Source: Betaproteobacteria bacterium
GTDB taxonomy: Bacteria; Pseudomonadota; Gammaproteobacteria; Burkholderiales; Burkholderiaceae_E
Length of the DNA: 64,000 nt
Assembly (NCBI GenBank): GCA_016868175.1
Contig: VGHO01000001.1
Coordinates: forward strand, 15,543 to 79,542
Direction: 5' to 3'
Under the pieces are notes generated by a model. That model saw only the letters and a list, made by a program, of their open reading frames with translations. It had not been told where the DNA came from and did no database searches. Below, one piece after another: positions 8,259 through 18,218 of the stretch; position 1 is the stretch's first letter, and every line of letters begins with the position of its first letter. The position numbers and the translations under genes were made by a program.

Positions 8259-11021
8259 ATGCATATCCTCCACGCGCGCCTGCCTTTCTCTGCCGTCCGC
8301 CTTCGCCTCGTCCTCGTGCTGACCCTCCTGGTGGCGGGGCTCCACCCTGGGCCCTCCGGTTCCGCCGAGCCCTGGCGACCGATGCATCAGGTGGAGGGGG
8401 TTGAGTCACTGCTCCTGCCCAACGGGCTCGAAGTGCTGCTCTACCCAAGCACCACCAAGGCGAGCACCACGGTCAACCTCACGGTCAAGGTTGGTTCGCG
8501 GCACGAGGGCTACGGCGAAACCGGAATGGCGCATCTGCTCGAGCATATGGTGTTCAAGGGCTCGCCGAAGTTTCCCAACGGACTGAGCGAGTTCGCCACC
8601 CGCGGTTTCCGGGTGAACGGCACCACCTCCTGGGATCGCACCAACTACTACGCAAGCTTCGCCCAGAGCAACGACAACACCGCGTGGATGATCCGCTGGC
8701 TCGGCGACATCCTGGTGAACGCCTATGTGCGCAAGTCGGACCTCGATTCCGAGATGACGGTGGTCCGCAACGAGTTCGAGCGCGGAGAAAACAATCCGGC
8801 CGGGGTGCTGTTTCAGCAGGTATTCGCCAGCGCCTACACCTGGCACAACTACGGCAAGGCAATCATCGGCGCCCGATCCGACATCGAGAATGTGTCGATC
8901 GACCGCCTGCAGGCCTTCTACCGCCATCACTACCAGCCCGACAATGCGGTACTCGTGGTGGCCGGGGTCTACGATCGCGCCAAGGTGCTTGGTTGGATCG
9001 AGGAAGCCTTCGGCGTGATTCCACGTCCCACGCGCCAGCTCGAACCCACCTACACCGTGGAGCCGGTGCAGGAAGGTCCGCGCGAGGTGCGGCTGCGACG
9101 GATCGGCGATGCGCCCATCGTGATCCTGTCGTATCACGGTCCTTCAGCGCTGCACCCCCACTTCCCGGCGTTGAGTCTGGCAAGTCACATGATCGGCGGT
9201 CCCAACAACCGTATCGACGAACGCATCGTCCGCAAGGGTGTCGCCGCCGGAGGATGGGCCTGGGCCCGATCGGCTCCGGAGCCTGCCAACGCGCTCTTTT
9301 CGCTGCAACTCAAGTCCGACCAGTCGATCGCAGACGCTGCGCGGGCGCTGATCGCGCTGGTCGAGACTGCCGGATCGGAGGGCTTCACTGCGGCGGAACT
9401 CGAGGCAGCCAAGGCCTACTTCGCCAACCAGCACGCACAGATGCTCGCCGATCCCGAGCGCGTTGCGCTGGCATTGTCGGAGTCGATTGCGCTGGGCGAC
9501 TGGAGGATGCTGATGCATCAGCGCGACCGCATCGCCGCAGTGAGCCTCGCCGAAGTCAACAGGGTTGCCGGCTCCTTCTGGGTGGAGAGCAACCGCACCC
9601 TCGGCCTTTTCGAGCCGCAGACGGCTCCCCGTCGTGCGCCTGCCGAGCGACAGGTGGGCATCGCGGAGGCCATGAAGGGCTTCGTTGCCCGCGCTCCCGA
9701 GGATCAGGGGGAGCTTTTCGAGGCAAGCGCGGGCAACATCCGTGCGCGGGTAAGCTCGCTTCGCGTCGATGATTCGCTCACGCTCCAGACCTTGCGCAAG
9801 CGCAATGCGGCCAACCTTGTCGTTCTTCAGGCAAGCCTGCGCTACGGCAGCCTCGCGAGCCTGCAGGGCGAAGCCGAGGCGGGGCAACTGGCAGTGGCCA
9901 TGTTGTCGCGCGGCACGAAAAACCTGTCGCGTCGGCAGTTTGCCGAGCGCATGACCGCACTCAGGGCGGTCTGGGGCATTCAGGGCGGTGCCGAAGGCCT
10001 GAGCCTGAGCCTGCGGGTGGCAGCAGAGCGCTTCGACGAGGCGCTCGGGCTCCTCGAGCAGGCCTTGCTCGCACCTGCGATGGAAGAGGCCGAACTCCGG
10101 GAGCTCAAGACCGCGCTCATTGCTTCGCTCGAGTCCTCGCGTCAGGACCCTCAGGCGCTTGCTTCACGGCGTATCGCCCGTGTCTTTGCAGACTATCCGC
10201 CGAGCGACCCACGGCATGTTGCCGAACTCGATGAGTCGATGCGCAGGATCCAGGCTCTTTCACTTGCGCAAGTGCAGGCCTTCTGGGATCGCTTCATCCG
10301 ACCCGGGCCGGCGGTCTTCACCGTGATTGGCGATCTCGATGCGCCGCAACTTGCCGCGCGTCTGGGATCTTTCTGGAGCCGCTGGAAGTCTGAGCGCCCA
10401 ACACAGGTCGTCTACGAGCGTATCGCCCGCGACGCCGCCCCGGTGCCACCGCTGCGCGACAACATCGTCACGCCCGACAAGCCCAACGCAGTGTGGCTTG
10501 CACGCTGCCGTTTTCCCCTGTCCGACGATCGGCGCGAGTACCGGGCATTGCAACTTGGCATGCGCATGCTTGCGGGGAACGGCTCCTCGAGCGGCAGGCT
10601 CTGGGATCGCGTGCGCGAAAAGGAGGGGCTGAGCTATGGCGTTGGCGGTTCGCTCTCGGGCGGCGACCGTGACGAGGCTGCCTCGCTCGGGTTCTACGCG
10701 ATCTTCGCGGCACCCAACCGCGAGCGGCTGATTGCGATCGTGCGCGAGGAGTTCGATCGCGCCTTGCGCGAGGGCTTCACCCAGGAGGAGCTCGATCGGG
10801 CACGCAAGGGCCTCGAGGCCCAGTTGCAGTTGCAGTGGGCCCAGGAGATGGCACTCGCAGGCACCCTGAACTGGCTGCACGAGCAGTCGCGCGACGCAGG
10901 GTTTCTCGAGCAGATGCGTGATCTTCGCGCTTCGATTACGCTTGAGGATGTGCAGGCCGCGTTGCGACGCTACCTCAACCCCGAGTCACTCAGCGTGATT
11001 CTGGCCGGAGACTTCCGCTGA
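8259..11021 (+). CDS. M16 family zinc peptidase (insulinase/PqqL-like, two-lobed)
   Basis: N-terminal signal peptide, inverted zinc motif HLLEHMVFKG, and a duplicated M16 active plus inactive domain architecture over 920 aa. Confidence 0.85.
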   Translation: MHILHARLPFSAVRLRLVLVLTLLVAGLHPGPSGSAEPWRPMHQVEGVESLLLPNGLEVLLYPSTTKASTTVNLTVKVGSRHEGYGETGMAHLLEHMVFKGSPKFPNGLSEFATRGFRVNGTTSWDRTNYYASFAQSNDNTAWMIRWLGDILVNAYVRKSDLDSEMTVVRNEFERGENNPAGVLFQQVFASAYTWHNYGKAIIGARSDIENVSIDRLQAFYRHHYQPDNAVLVVAGVYDRAKVLGWIEEAFGVIPRPTRQLEPTYTVEPVQEGPREVRLRRIGDAPIVILSYHGPSALHPHFPALSLASHMIGGPNNRIDERIVRKGVAAGGWAWARSAPEPANALFSLQLKSDQSIADAARALIALVETAGSEGFTAAELEAAKAYFANQHAQMLADPERVALALSESIALGDWRMLMHQRDRIAAVSLAEVNRVAGSFWVESNRTLGLFEPQTAPRRAPAERQVGIAEAMKGFVARAPEDQGELFEASAGNIRARVSSLRVDDSLTLQTLRKRNAANLVVLQASLRYGSLASLQGEAEAGQLAVAMLSRGTKNLSRRQFAERMTALRAVWGIQGGAEGLSLSLRVAAERFDEALGLLEQALLAPAMEEAELRELKTALIASLESSRQDPQALASRRIARVFADYPPSDPRHVAELDESMRRIQALSLAQVQAFWDRFIRPGPAVFTVIGDLDAPQLAARLGSFWSRWKSERPTQVVYERIARDAAPVPPLRDNIVTPDKPNAVWLARCRFPLSDDRREYRALQLGMRMLAGNGSSSGRLWDRVREKEGLSYGVGGSLSGGDRDEAASLGFYAIFAAPNRERLIAIVREEFDRALREGFTQEELDRARKGLEAQLQLQWAQEMALAGTLNWLHEQSRDAGFLEQMRDLRASITLEDVQAALRRYLNPESLSVILAGDFR

Positions 11022-11102
11022 TGGTCTGCCTGCGCACTGCAAAAAGATGGGTGGAGTCCATGCTCTGACCGTCCATAAACAACCCCAAGGAGAGCTTCGA
11101 TC

Positions 11103-12194
11103 ATGATCCAGTCCACCCCCCCGACCACGGGCGAACGCCGCGCACATTCCAGCCACAGCCCTGCCTCTTTCGGCGCCCGCCGAGGTGTCCTTGCAGCTGC
11201 GAAGGCAGCCCTATCGGCGGCAGCCTTTGCCGCATGCGCTGCACTCAGCGGCCTTGCAGTGCTCTCCGCTTCGCCCGCACAGGCGCAGACTTATCCCAGC
11301 AAGCCGATCATCCTCGTGGTTGGCTTTGCCGCTGGCGGCCCCACCGACATCGTGGCGCGCTCGCTCGCCCAGTCGATGAGCAAGACGCTCGGCCAGGTGG
11401 TCAACGTCGACAATCGCCCCGGCGCAGGTGCAACGATCGCCGGAAACCTGGTGGCGAAGGCAGCTCCCGACGGCTACATGCTCTTCATCCACCACAACGG
11501 CATGGCCACTGCGCCGGCCCTGTACCGCAAGCTCCCGTTCAATCCGCTCAATGACTTCGAGTTCATCGGCCAGGCGGTCGACGTTCCGATGACCCTGATC
11601 GGCCGAGCCGATCTGCCGGCCAACAACCTCACCGAACTGGTTGCCTGGATCAAGGCGAATCAGCAGAAGGTCAATCTGGCCAACGCAGGACTGGGCGCAG
11701 TTTCGCACTTGTGCGGCACGCTTTTCCAGCAGACGATTGCCACGGATCTCACCACGGTGCCCTTCAACGGCACCGCTCCGGCGCTCACTGCACTGCTCGG
11801 CGGGCATGTGGATGTGCTTTGCGACCAGACCACGCAGACGATTCCGCACATCAGCGCGGGCAAGGTGAAGCTTTTCGGCGTCACCACCAAGGGTCGCATC
11901 GGTGCGCTCCCCAACACCCCCTCACTGCATGAGCAAGGGCTCAGGGATTTCGAGGTGGTGGTGTGGCACGGCATGTACGCGCCCAAGGGCACCCCTAAAC
12001 CGGTGATCGAGAAACTCACAGCCGCACTCCAGTCTGCGCTCAAGGATCCGGAGGTTGCCAAGCGCATGAAGGACCTCGGCGCGGAGATCACGCCGGTGGC
12101 GAAGCAGACCCCCGAAGGACTGCGTCCGCACCTGGCCGCCGAGATCGACAAGTGGGGCAAGGTGATTCGCGCAGCCGGTCAATACGCCGACTGA
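11103..12194 (+). CDS. Tripartite tricarboxylate transporter substrate-binding protein (Bug/TctC family)
   Basis: Signal peptide then QTYPSKPIILVVGFAAGGPTDIVAR, the hallmark N-terminus of Bug-family periplasmic binding proteins. Confidence 0.85.
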   Translation: MIQSTPPTTGERRAHSSHSPASFGARRGVLAAAKAALSAAAFAACAALSGLAVLSASPAQAQTYPSKPIILVVGFAAGGPTDIVARSLAQSMSKTLGQVVNVDNRPGAGATIAGNLVAKAAPDGYMLFIHHNGMATAPALYRKLPFNPLNDFEFIGQAVDVPMTLIGRADLPANNLTELVAWIKANQQKVNLANAGLGAVSHLCGTLFQQTIATDLTTVPFNGTAPALTALLGGHVDVLCDQTTQTIPHISAGKVKLFGVTTKGRIGALPNTPSLHEQGLRDFEVVVWHGMYAPKGTPKPVIEKLTAALQSALKDPEVAKRMKDLGAEITPVAKQTPEGLRPHLAAEIDKWGKVIRAAGQYAD

Positions 12195-12226
12195 GGTTGC
12201 GCGCACCCCATAGCGCGCCTGGGGCG

Positions 12227-13252
12227 GTGCTGGGCGTCCTTCCCGACATCGTTGCGCTCCGCGAGGCCCAGGCGCGGCTTGGCACAACGGTTCATCGCAC
12301 GCCGGTGCTGAGGAGCGCGCAGGCCGACCGTCTCGCCGGCGCGCAACTTTTTTTCAAGTGCGAGAACTTTCAGCGTACAGGTTCCTTCAAGTTTCGGGGA
12401 GCGCTCAACGCAGTGCGCGCCCTCAGCCCGGAGCAGCGTCGCGCGGGCGTGATCAGCTTTTCCTCGGGCAACCATGCGCAGGCCCTGGCGCGCGCGGGTC
12501 AGATCGAGGGGGTGCAGGTCACGGTGGTGATGCCGCACGATGCCCCTTCAGCCAAACGACTGGCCACCCAGCAATTCGGTGCCTCGATCCTTGGCTACGA
12601 CCGGATGCGTCAGGATCGCGAGGCCCTCGCTGCGGAACTGGTGGCGCGCGAGGGCTACACGCTCATTCCACCCTTTGATCACCCGGCGGTGATTGCCGGG
12701 CAGGGCACTTGCGCGCTCGAACTCTTCGAGGAGGCAGGCCCACTCGATGCGCTCTATGTGTGTCTTGGCGGCGGTGGGTTGCTCGCCGGGTGTGCGCTGG
12801 CTGCGGCCGAACTTGCACCCGGCTGTGCGGTCATCGGTGTCGAACCGCAAGCCGGCAATGACGTCCAGCAGTCCTTCCAATGCGGGTATCCGATACGGAT
12901 CGAGGTGCCGCACACGATTGCCGATGGAGCACAGACCACCCGTGTGGGTGATCTCACTTTTGCCATCATCTGCGCGCGGGTCAGTGCAATCGAGACCGTG
13001 TCGGATCCGCAGATCATCGAAACGATGCGTTTTCTTGCCCAGTGGATGAAGATCGTGGTGGAGCCCACCGGTTGCCTGGCTGCGGCAGCCGCGATGCAGC
13101 GGCAGCCAGCGGATGCAAAGCCCCAGAGCCGCCTCGTCGGGGAGGCTGCGGTGCGAAGGCACCCGCAGCAGGCAAGGCCTCGTATTGGCGTGGTGCTCAG
13201 TGGCGGCAATGTGGACCTCGCCCGGTATGCCGCCTGGCTCGCGGGCGCGTGA
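12227..13252 (+). CDS. PLP-dependent threonine/serine dehydratase family (serine-racemase-like)
   Basis: FFKCENFQRTGSFKFRGALN contains the PLP-lysine motif, and GGGGLLAG is the glycine loop. The start is uncertain (GTG 12227 or TTG 12197). Confidence 0.8.
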   Translation: MLGVLPDIVALREAQARLGTTVHRTPVLRSAQADRLAGAQLFFKCENFQRTGSFKFRGALNAVRALSPEQRRAGVISFSSGNHAQALARAGQIEGVQVTVVMPHDAPSAKRLATQQFGASILGYDRMRQDREALAAELVAREGYTLIPPFDHPAVIAGQGTCALELFEEAGPLDALYVCLGGGGLLAGCALAAAELAPGCAVIGVEPQAGNDVQQSFQCGYPIRIEVPHTIADGAQTTRVGDLTFAIICARVSAIETVSDPQIIETMRFLAQWMKIVVEPTGCLAAAAAMQRQPADAKPQSRLVGEAAVRRHPQQARPRIGVVLSGGNVDLARYAAWLAGA

Positions 13253-14094
13253 CCTCGATTAGCGGTGGACTGGTCTGGCACTGGAGGGCCTTCCAGCGCC
13301 GCGCCCAATGGGAGGCAACCTGCCGGCAGATTGCCGGGTTTCACCGCCGACATGGACCTTGCAGCGGCACGCTCGTCCTGCTTGGCTGCAGCGCGGGATG
13401 GATGCTCGAGTCGGCGTGGCTGAAAGGTTTCCACCGGATCGTTGCAGTGGACCTCGACCCCTGGGCTCCGCATCTATTTGCGCTTCGGCATCCTCGCGTT
13501 GCCCGGCCCTTGTGGATCCGCGCCAACGCGCTCGCCCGCCTCGATCAACTCCTCGGCGACTATCCGGATGCTTTCCTGCTCTTTGACAACATGCTCGGAC
13601 AACAAGGGCTGATCGCGGTTGAGCAGGGCAGGAGTGAGGCGGGTTCGATGCAGAGGATCGAGCATGAACTGGGTGAACTCGGCCGTCGGTTGGCAGGCCG
13701 CTGCTGGGGAAGTCTCCACGACTGCATTTCCGGCCCTGTTCGAAGGCCTCAACCGATGCCGGGGTGCAGGTCGGAGCGCGCCCTCCCGGCCAAGCCGCTA
13801 CTCCCGATCACGTCAGCACTGCCGGCGCTTACAGCGGCTTCGACCGCGACCGTTTCGTCCCTGAGCGAACGCTGTGCGGCTGCAGCAATCGAGACCTGCC
13901 ATCGCGTGGAGCACCCGAGGCTTCTTTCCCGCATCGCCGAATCGGGTGAAGTCGAGCCCCACGGCGAGTGGCTCGACCATCTGAGCGCCGCGATCTTTCC
14001 GCCTGCGCTTGCAAGGCAATACCTGCTCTGGCCCTTTTCCGCCACTTACTGGCATTGGCTTGAGATTGGCTGGGTTGCCGCCAAAGCGCGCTGA
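13249..14094 (+). CDS. Hypothetical protein (weak Rossmann/methyltransferase-like motif)
   Basis: GTG at 13249 overlaps the dehydratase stop (GTGA). High GC3 continues throughout. LVLLGCSAGWML...IVAVDLDP resembles SAM-methyltransferase motif I. No family was recognised. Confidence 0.45.
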   Translation: MTSISGGLVWHWRAFQRRAQWEATCRQIAGFHRRHGPCSGTLVLLGCSAGWMLESAWLKGFHRIVAVDLDPWAPHLFALRHPRVARPLWIRANALARLDQLLGDYPDAFLLFDNMLGQQGLIAVEQGRSEAGSMQRIEHELGELGRRLAGRCWGSLHDCISGPVRRPQPMPGCRSERALPAKPLLPITSALPALTAASTATVSSLSERCAAAAIETCHRVEHPRLLSRIAESGEVEPHGEWLDHLSAAIFPPALARQYLLWPFSATYWHWLEIGWVAAKAR

Positions 14095-14152
14095 ACCTGA
14101 ACGCAGGTCTCGGTGCCCCAGCTCGTGTTTCCCCGTCAAACCGGAGTTCGCC

Positions 14153-16552
14153 ATGTGTGATGCCTCAGCCGTCAACCCCCTCCTCGAATCCTGGTCCGAT
14201 CCCTTGGCGCTGCCTCCTTTTGAGGCCCTTCACGCCAGTCACTTTCCCGAGGCTTTCGAAGTCACCATGCGGCAGCACACTGCTGAGATCGAGGCGATCG
14301 CCGCATCCGGAGAGGCGCCCGGCTTTGTGAACACGCTCGAAGCGCTCGAGCGCAGCGGTGAGGCGCTGCAGCGGGTGATGAACGTCTTTCATCACCTGTG
14401 CGCCTCGCACACCAGCGATGCGCTGCAAGCCATCGAGCGCGAGATGGCACCTGTGCTCACCGCACATCTCAACAAGGTGATGCTCGATGCCCGTCTCTTT
14501 GCCCGTATTGATGCCCTGTACCGGCAGCGCCACACTCTGGATCTTGACGCCGAGGCGCTTCGCTTGCTCGAGCGCTGGCATCTCGACTTTGTACGCAGCG
14601 GCGCAAGGCTCGAGAGCGGGGATCGCATCCGTTACGCACAACTCACCGAGCGGCTCGCCGAACTCCACACGGCGTTTGCGCAGAATGTGCTGGCCCACGA
14701 GAAGGCCTTTGCAATGGTGCTGCTGCATGAGGAAGATCTGGCTGGACTGCCCACCTTCGTGCGCTCGGCGGCCCGGCAGGCTGCGGCGGAACGTGGCCAT
14801 GATCACGCCAACGCGCATGTGATCACGCTTGCGCGCTCCTCGCTCACGCCGTTCATGACCTTCAGCACCCGACGCGACCTGCGCAAGCAGCTTTGGCAGG
14901 CGTGGTGCGCGCGAGGCGAGCACGCAGGTCCGCAGGACAACCGGCCGATCGTGGTTGAAATTCTTCGTCTCCGGCTTGAGCTGGCCCGCCTTCTCGGCTA
15001 CGCCGACTATGCCCACTATGCACTTGCCGACACGATGGCGGCCACCCCCGACGCCGCACTTGAACTCCTGCTGAGGGTCTGGGAGCCTGCCTGTCGAAGG
15101 GCAAGGAAGGAGAGGGCCCAGATGCAGGAACTCGCTGCGGTGCAAGCCCAGGCGCCGGCGATCGAAGCGCACGACTGGCATTTCTGGGCGGAGCAGGTGC
15201 GCAAGGCGCACTATGCGATCGACGAGGAGGAACTCAAGCCCTATCTGCAGCTCGACCGGTTGCGCGAGGCGATGTTCGAGGTGGCCCAACGCCTCTTCGG
15301 GATTTGCTTCAGGCCCCTGCAAGGGTTCTCCTCCTATCACCCGAGCGTCCTTGCATGGGAGGTTCTTGCGGCTCCCGGCCGAAACGCAGGCCTCAACGCC
15401 TTTCCATGCTCTCCGGGTTACCCCGGTTCTTCGGATGACCCAGGTTCTTCGGATGACCCAGGTTCTTCGGATGACCCAGGTTCTCAAAGCGATCCAGGTT
15501 CTTCGGAGTACCCAGGTACTTCCCGCTGCCTCGACTCCACCCACCCCCCGCGCGCTCCGGGCGCTGCTGCACCCGGCACCGCTTCCCCCGTCAGCACCAC
15601 CCCCGGCACCGCTTCCCCGGTCAGCACCATCCCCGGCGCCGCTTCCCCCGTCAGCACCACCCCCGGCGCCGCCTCGCCGGACGCAGACGCTTACCCGGGT
15701 CGCCTCATCGGCATCTTCCTCGCCGACGATTTCGCACGCCCGAGCAAACGCTCGGGTGCCTGGATGAACTGCCTGCGCGATCAGAACGGACTTGCCGGTT
15801 TTCCGCAGAGTTGCCCGGTAGTGGTCAACAACAACAACTTCTCGCAGGCCGCTGCGGGTGCGCCAACCTTGCTGAGCCTCGACGATGCCCGAACCCTCTT
15901 CCACGAATTCGGGCACGGGTTGCATGGACTGCTGTCGCGCTGCAGATATCCGCGCCTTGCCGGCACCAATGTATTGCGCGACTTCGTTGAGTTTCCCTCT
16001 CAACTGCTCGAGCATTGGCTGCTCCAGCCCGAGATCCTCAAGCGTTATGCACGGCATGTGGAAACTGGCGAGGCGATGCCCGATGCACTGATCGCGAAAC
16101 TCCTCAAGGCAAAGACCTTCCAGCAGGGATTTGCCACGGTGGAATACCTGGCAAGTGCCCTTGCCGATCTGCGGATTCACCGTCTCCAGAACCTCGAATC
16201 CCTCGACCTCGAGGCCTTCGAGCAGGCTCTTTTGCGCGATCTCCAGATGCCCGAGGCCATTGGCCTTCGGCATCGCCTCCCGCACTTCCTGCATCTTTTT
16301 GCAGGATCAGGGTATGCAGCCGGATACTATGTGTATCTGTGGGCCGAGGTGCTGGATGCGGATGGTTTCGAGGCCTTCCTCGAGGCTGGCAACATCTTTG
16401 ATCCTCGGCTGGCTTCGCTGTTGCATGAACATGTGTATGCAGCGGGCAATCGCTGCGATCCGATGCAGGCTTATGTGCGCTTCAGGGGGCGCGCGCCCAC
16501 GGTTGAGCCGCTCCTGCGTCAGCGGGGGCTCGAACTGTTGCCGGCCATCTGA
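14153..16552 (+). CDS. dcp: M3 family peptidyl-dipeptidase Dcp with a repeat-encoded insertion
   Basis: ATG at 14153. HEFGHGLH zinc motif, and family motifs FARPSKRSGAWM and EFPSQLLEHW. It is 799 aa versus about 680 in E. coli Dcp. Confidence 0.85.
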   Translation: MCDASAVNPLLESWSDPLALPPFEALHASHFPEAFEVTMRQHTAEIEAIAASGEAPGFVNTLEALERSGEALQRVMNVFHHLCASHTSDALQAIEREMAPVLTAHLNKVMLDARLFARIDALYRQRHTLDLDAEALRLLERWHLDFVRSGARLESGDRIRYAQLTERLAELHTAFAQNVLAHEKAFAMVLLHEEDLAGLPTFVRSAARQAAAERGHDHANAHVITLARSSLTPFMTFSTRRDLRKQLWQAWCARGEHAGPQDNRPIVVEILRLRLELARLLGYADYAHYALADTMAATPDAALELLLRVWEPACRRARKERAQMQELAAVQAQAPAIEAHDWHFWAEQVRKAHYAIDEEELKPYLQLDRLREAMFEVAQRLFGICFRPLQGFSSYHPSVLAWEVLAAPGRNAGLNAFPCSPGYPGSSDDPGSSDDPGSSDDPGSQSDPGSSEYPGTSRCLDSTHPPRAPGAAAPGTASPVSTTPGTASPVSTIPGAASPVSTTPGAASPDADAYPGRLIGIFLADDFARPSKRSGAWMNCLRDQNGLAGFPQSCPVVVNNNNFSQAAAGAPTLLSLDDARTLFHEFGHGLHGLLSRCRYPRLAGTNVLRDFVEFPSQLLEHWLLQPEILKRYARHVETGEAMPDALIAKLLKAKTFQQGFATVEYLASALADLRIHRLQNLESLDLEAFEQALLRDLQMPEAIGLRHRLPHFLHLFAGSGYAAGYYVYLWAEVLDADGFEAFLEAGNIFDPRLASLLHEHVYAAGNRCDPMQAYVRFRGRAPTVEPLLRQRGLELLPAI
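15422..15678 (+). repeat. In-frame tandem repeats inside dcp: 18 nt x about 6 (PGSSDD) then 30 nt x about 3.5 (PGTASPVSTT)
   Basis: Direct reading shows ccaggttcttcggatgac units at 15422-15529 and ccccggcaccgcttcccccgtcagcaccac units at 15571-15678. Confidence 0.95.
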
Positions 16553-17937
16553 GTGCCAGCCACCGCATTGTTGCCAGGCCCGAGGTTGCGACGCACCCGC
16601 GCCTGCAGTGCAAGCAGTCCGAGCACGATGAGCAGGTTCACGAGATTCCACGCGATGCCGTTCACAAAGGCGGCCTCGTAGGAACCGCTGAGGTCGAAGA
16701 TCCAGCCCGACATCCACCCGCCAAGCGCCATGCCGCCGAGGGTGAACATGATTACGATGCCAACGCGGGTGGCCGCCACTGAAGCGGGGAAGTACTCGCG
16801 CACGATGATGGCGTAGGCCGGGACGATTCCGCCCTGAAAGAGGCCAAAGAGGGCAGAGACCGCGAAAAGCGAGGCCATGTCCTGGAAGGGTAGGAAGAGC
16901 AGCAGCGCAAGGCCCTGCAGCACTGAACCCAGAAGGAGCGTCCGCAACCCGCCAATCCGGTCGCTGATCAGGCCGAACACCAAGCGGCTCACCACGCCAG
17001 CGGCGAGCATCACCGAGAGCATTTGCGCGCCGCGTGCTGGTCCGAAGCCGAGATCGCTGCAGTACGCCACGATGTGCACTTGCGGCATCGCCATTGCCAC
17101 ACAACACGCCACGCCGGCAAGGCAAAGCAGGACAAGCAGCGCACGCTGGGAAATGCCGAGCGAGGTGATGGGTGATCCGGCTTGCGACCCGCGTGGTGAC
17201 TCCCCTGATGATTCCTGTTGCGAATCGCCCTGGAGTGCCAGGGAGGGGCTCGCCCGGGCGGCCATCGAAGGGGCAGGCTGCGTTTCGGAACCCGGACCGG
17301 CCGGGCGTTCCCTGGCGGTCTCCCGGGATTGTGCGAGCGGATCGGGCGGGCGTCGACGCAGGAGAACTGCAAGCGGCACCATGGTCAGGAAACAGAACAG
17401 GCCCACGGCCATCATGGTGTTGCGCCACCCGTAGTCCTCCACACCCATCCGCACAAGGGGGGGCCAGATGGCGCCGGCCAGATAGTTTCCAGAGGCGCAA
17501 ATCCCCACTGCAATGCCGCGCCTTCGGGCGAACCAGAGCGAGGTGTCGGCCATCAGCGGCGCAAAGCTCGCCGAACTCCCGAGCATGCCCACCAGCACGC
17601 CCTGAATCAGGCTGAAACTCCACAGGCTGGCGGCGCTCCCACCGAGCACAAAACCGAGCCCCAGACAGACCCCGCCGAGGGTGACCGACAGCCAGACACC
17701 GCGCCGGTCGGCCAACCGTCCCATGAACACTCCGCCGATCCCAAAGCCGATCATCGCCAGGGTGTAGGGCAAAGAGGCGTCGGCGCGCGCAACCCCAAAC
17801 TCCTGCTGCACCTCGGGGAGCACCACGATCACCATGTACATGCCGCTTCCGCCGATGATCATCAGGATCAGCGACAGCAAGAGACGCATCCATGCATAGG
17901 GCGAGTCGACGCCGATGTCGGTCGTGCGGGAGTACAT
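16519..17937 (-). CDS. MFS transporter (oxalate/formate-antiporter-like)
   Basis: ATG at 17937 (MYSRTTD...). Two six-helix halves are separated by a long low-complexity loop. The 3' end overlaps the dcp end by 34 nt. Confidence 0.8.
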   Translation of the reverse strand: MYSRTTDIGVDSPYAWMRLLLSLILMIIGGSGMYMVIVVLPEVQQEFGVARADASLPYTLAMIGFGIGGVFMGRLADRRGVWLSVTLGGVCLGLGFVLGGSAASLWSFSLIQGVLVGMLGSSASFAPLMADTSLWFARRRGIAVGICASGNYLAGAIWPPLVRMGVEDYGWRNTMMAVGLFCFLTMVPLAVLLRRRPPDPLAQSRETARERPAGPGSETQPAPSMAARASPSLALQGDSQQESSGESPRGSQAGSPITSLGISQRALLVLLCLAGVACCVAMAMPQVHIVAYCSDLGFGPARGAQMLSVMLAAGVVSRLVFGLISDRIGGLRTLLLGSVLQGLALLLFLPFQDMASLFAVSALFGLFQGGIVPAYAIIVREYFPASVAATRVGIVIMFTLGGMALGGWMSGWIFDLSGSYEAAFVNGIAWNLVNLLIVLGLLALQARVRRNLGPGNNAVAGTQMAGNSSSPR

Positions 17938-18218
17938 CGCAAGCACGGTAGCAGAATTCGAGCGCCTGTGACGGTTGCGCGACCAGTCTTGTGACGGGAG
18001 CCCGGGATGCTGTGTAGTATCGGGGTCCACGCCGGCGCATTCAGCGGCCGCACCCGTCTGCGGCGCCTCTGCAGCGGCCACGAAGGCCCGTGGCGCCTGC
18101 AGCAGCTACCAAGGGCTGGGGCCGGCAGAGCGCGAGGCTGGGCCGAGCCAGGCGCACAGCGAGAGGCAGCGAGGGACGGGTCCAACGGGCCGAAAAAGCA
18201 CACAGGGACAGGGGCGGG

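Noticed and set aside
15422-15678. Tandem repeat arrays (also 29851, 33220, 52645) as CRISPR arrays
   Set aside because: The repeats are directly abutting with no unique spacers, the units are 11-36 nt, several arrays lie inside conserved enzymes, and no cas genes are present.
14165-16294. 709-aa minus-strand ORF
   Set aside because: It lies antisense to dcp, whose HEFGH and other M3 motifs are unambiguous, and it contains no motifs of its own. The same reasoning applies to 24699..26162, 43185..44615, 48919..50445, 30729..31832, 33331..34476, 34209..35627 and 17868..19307.
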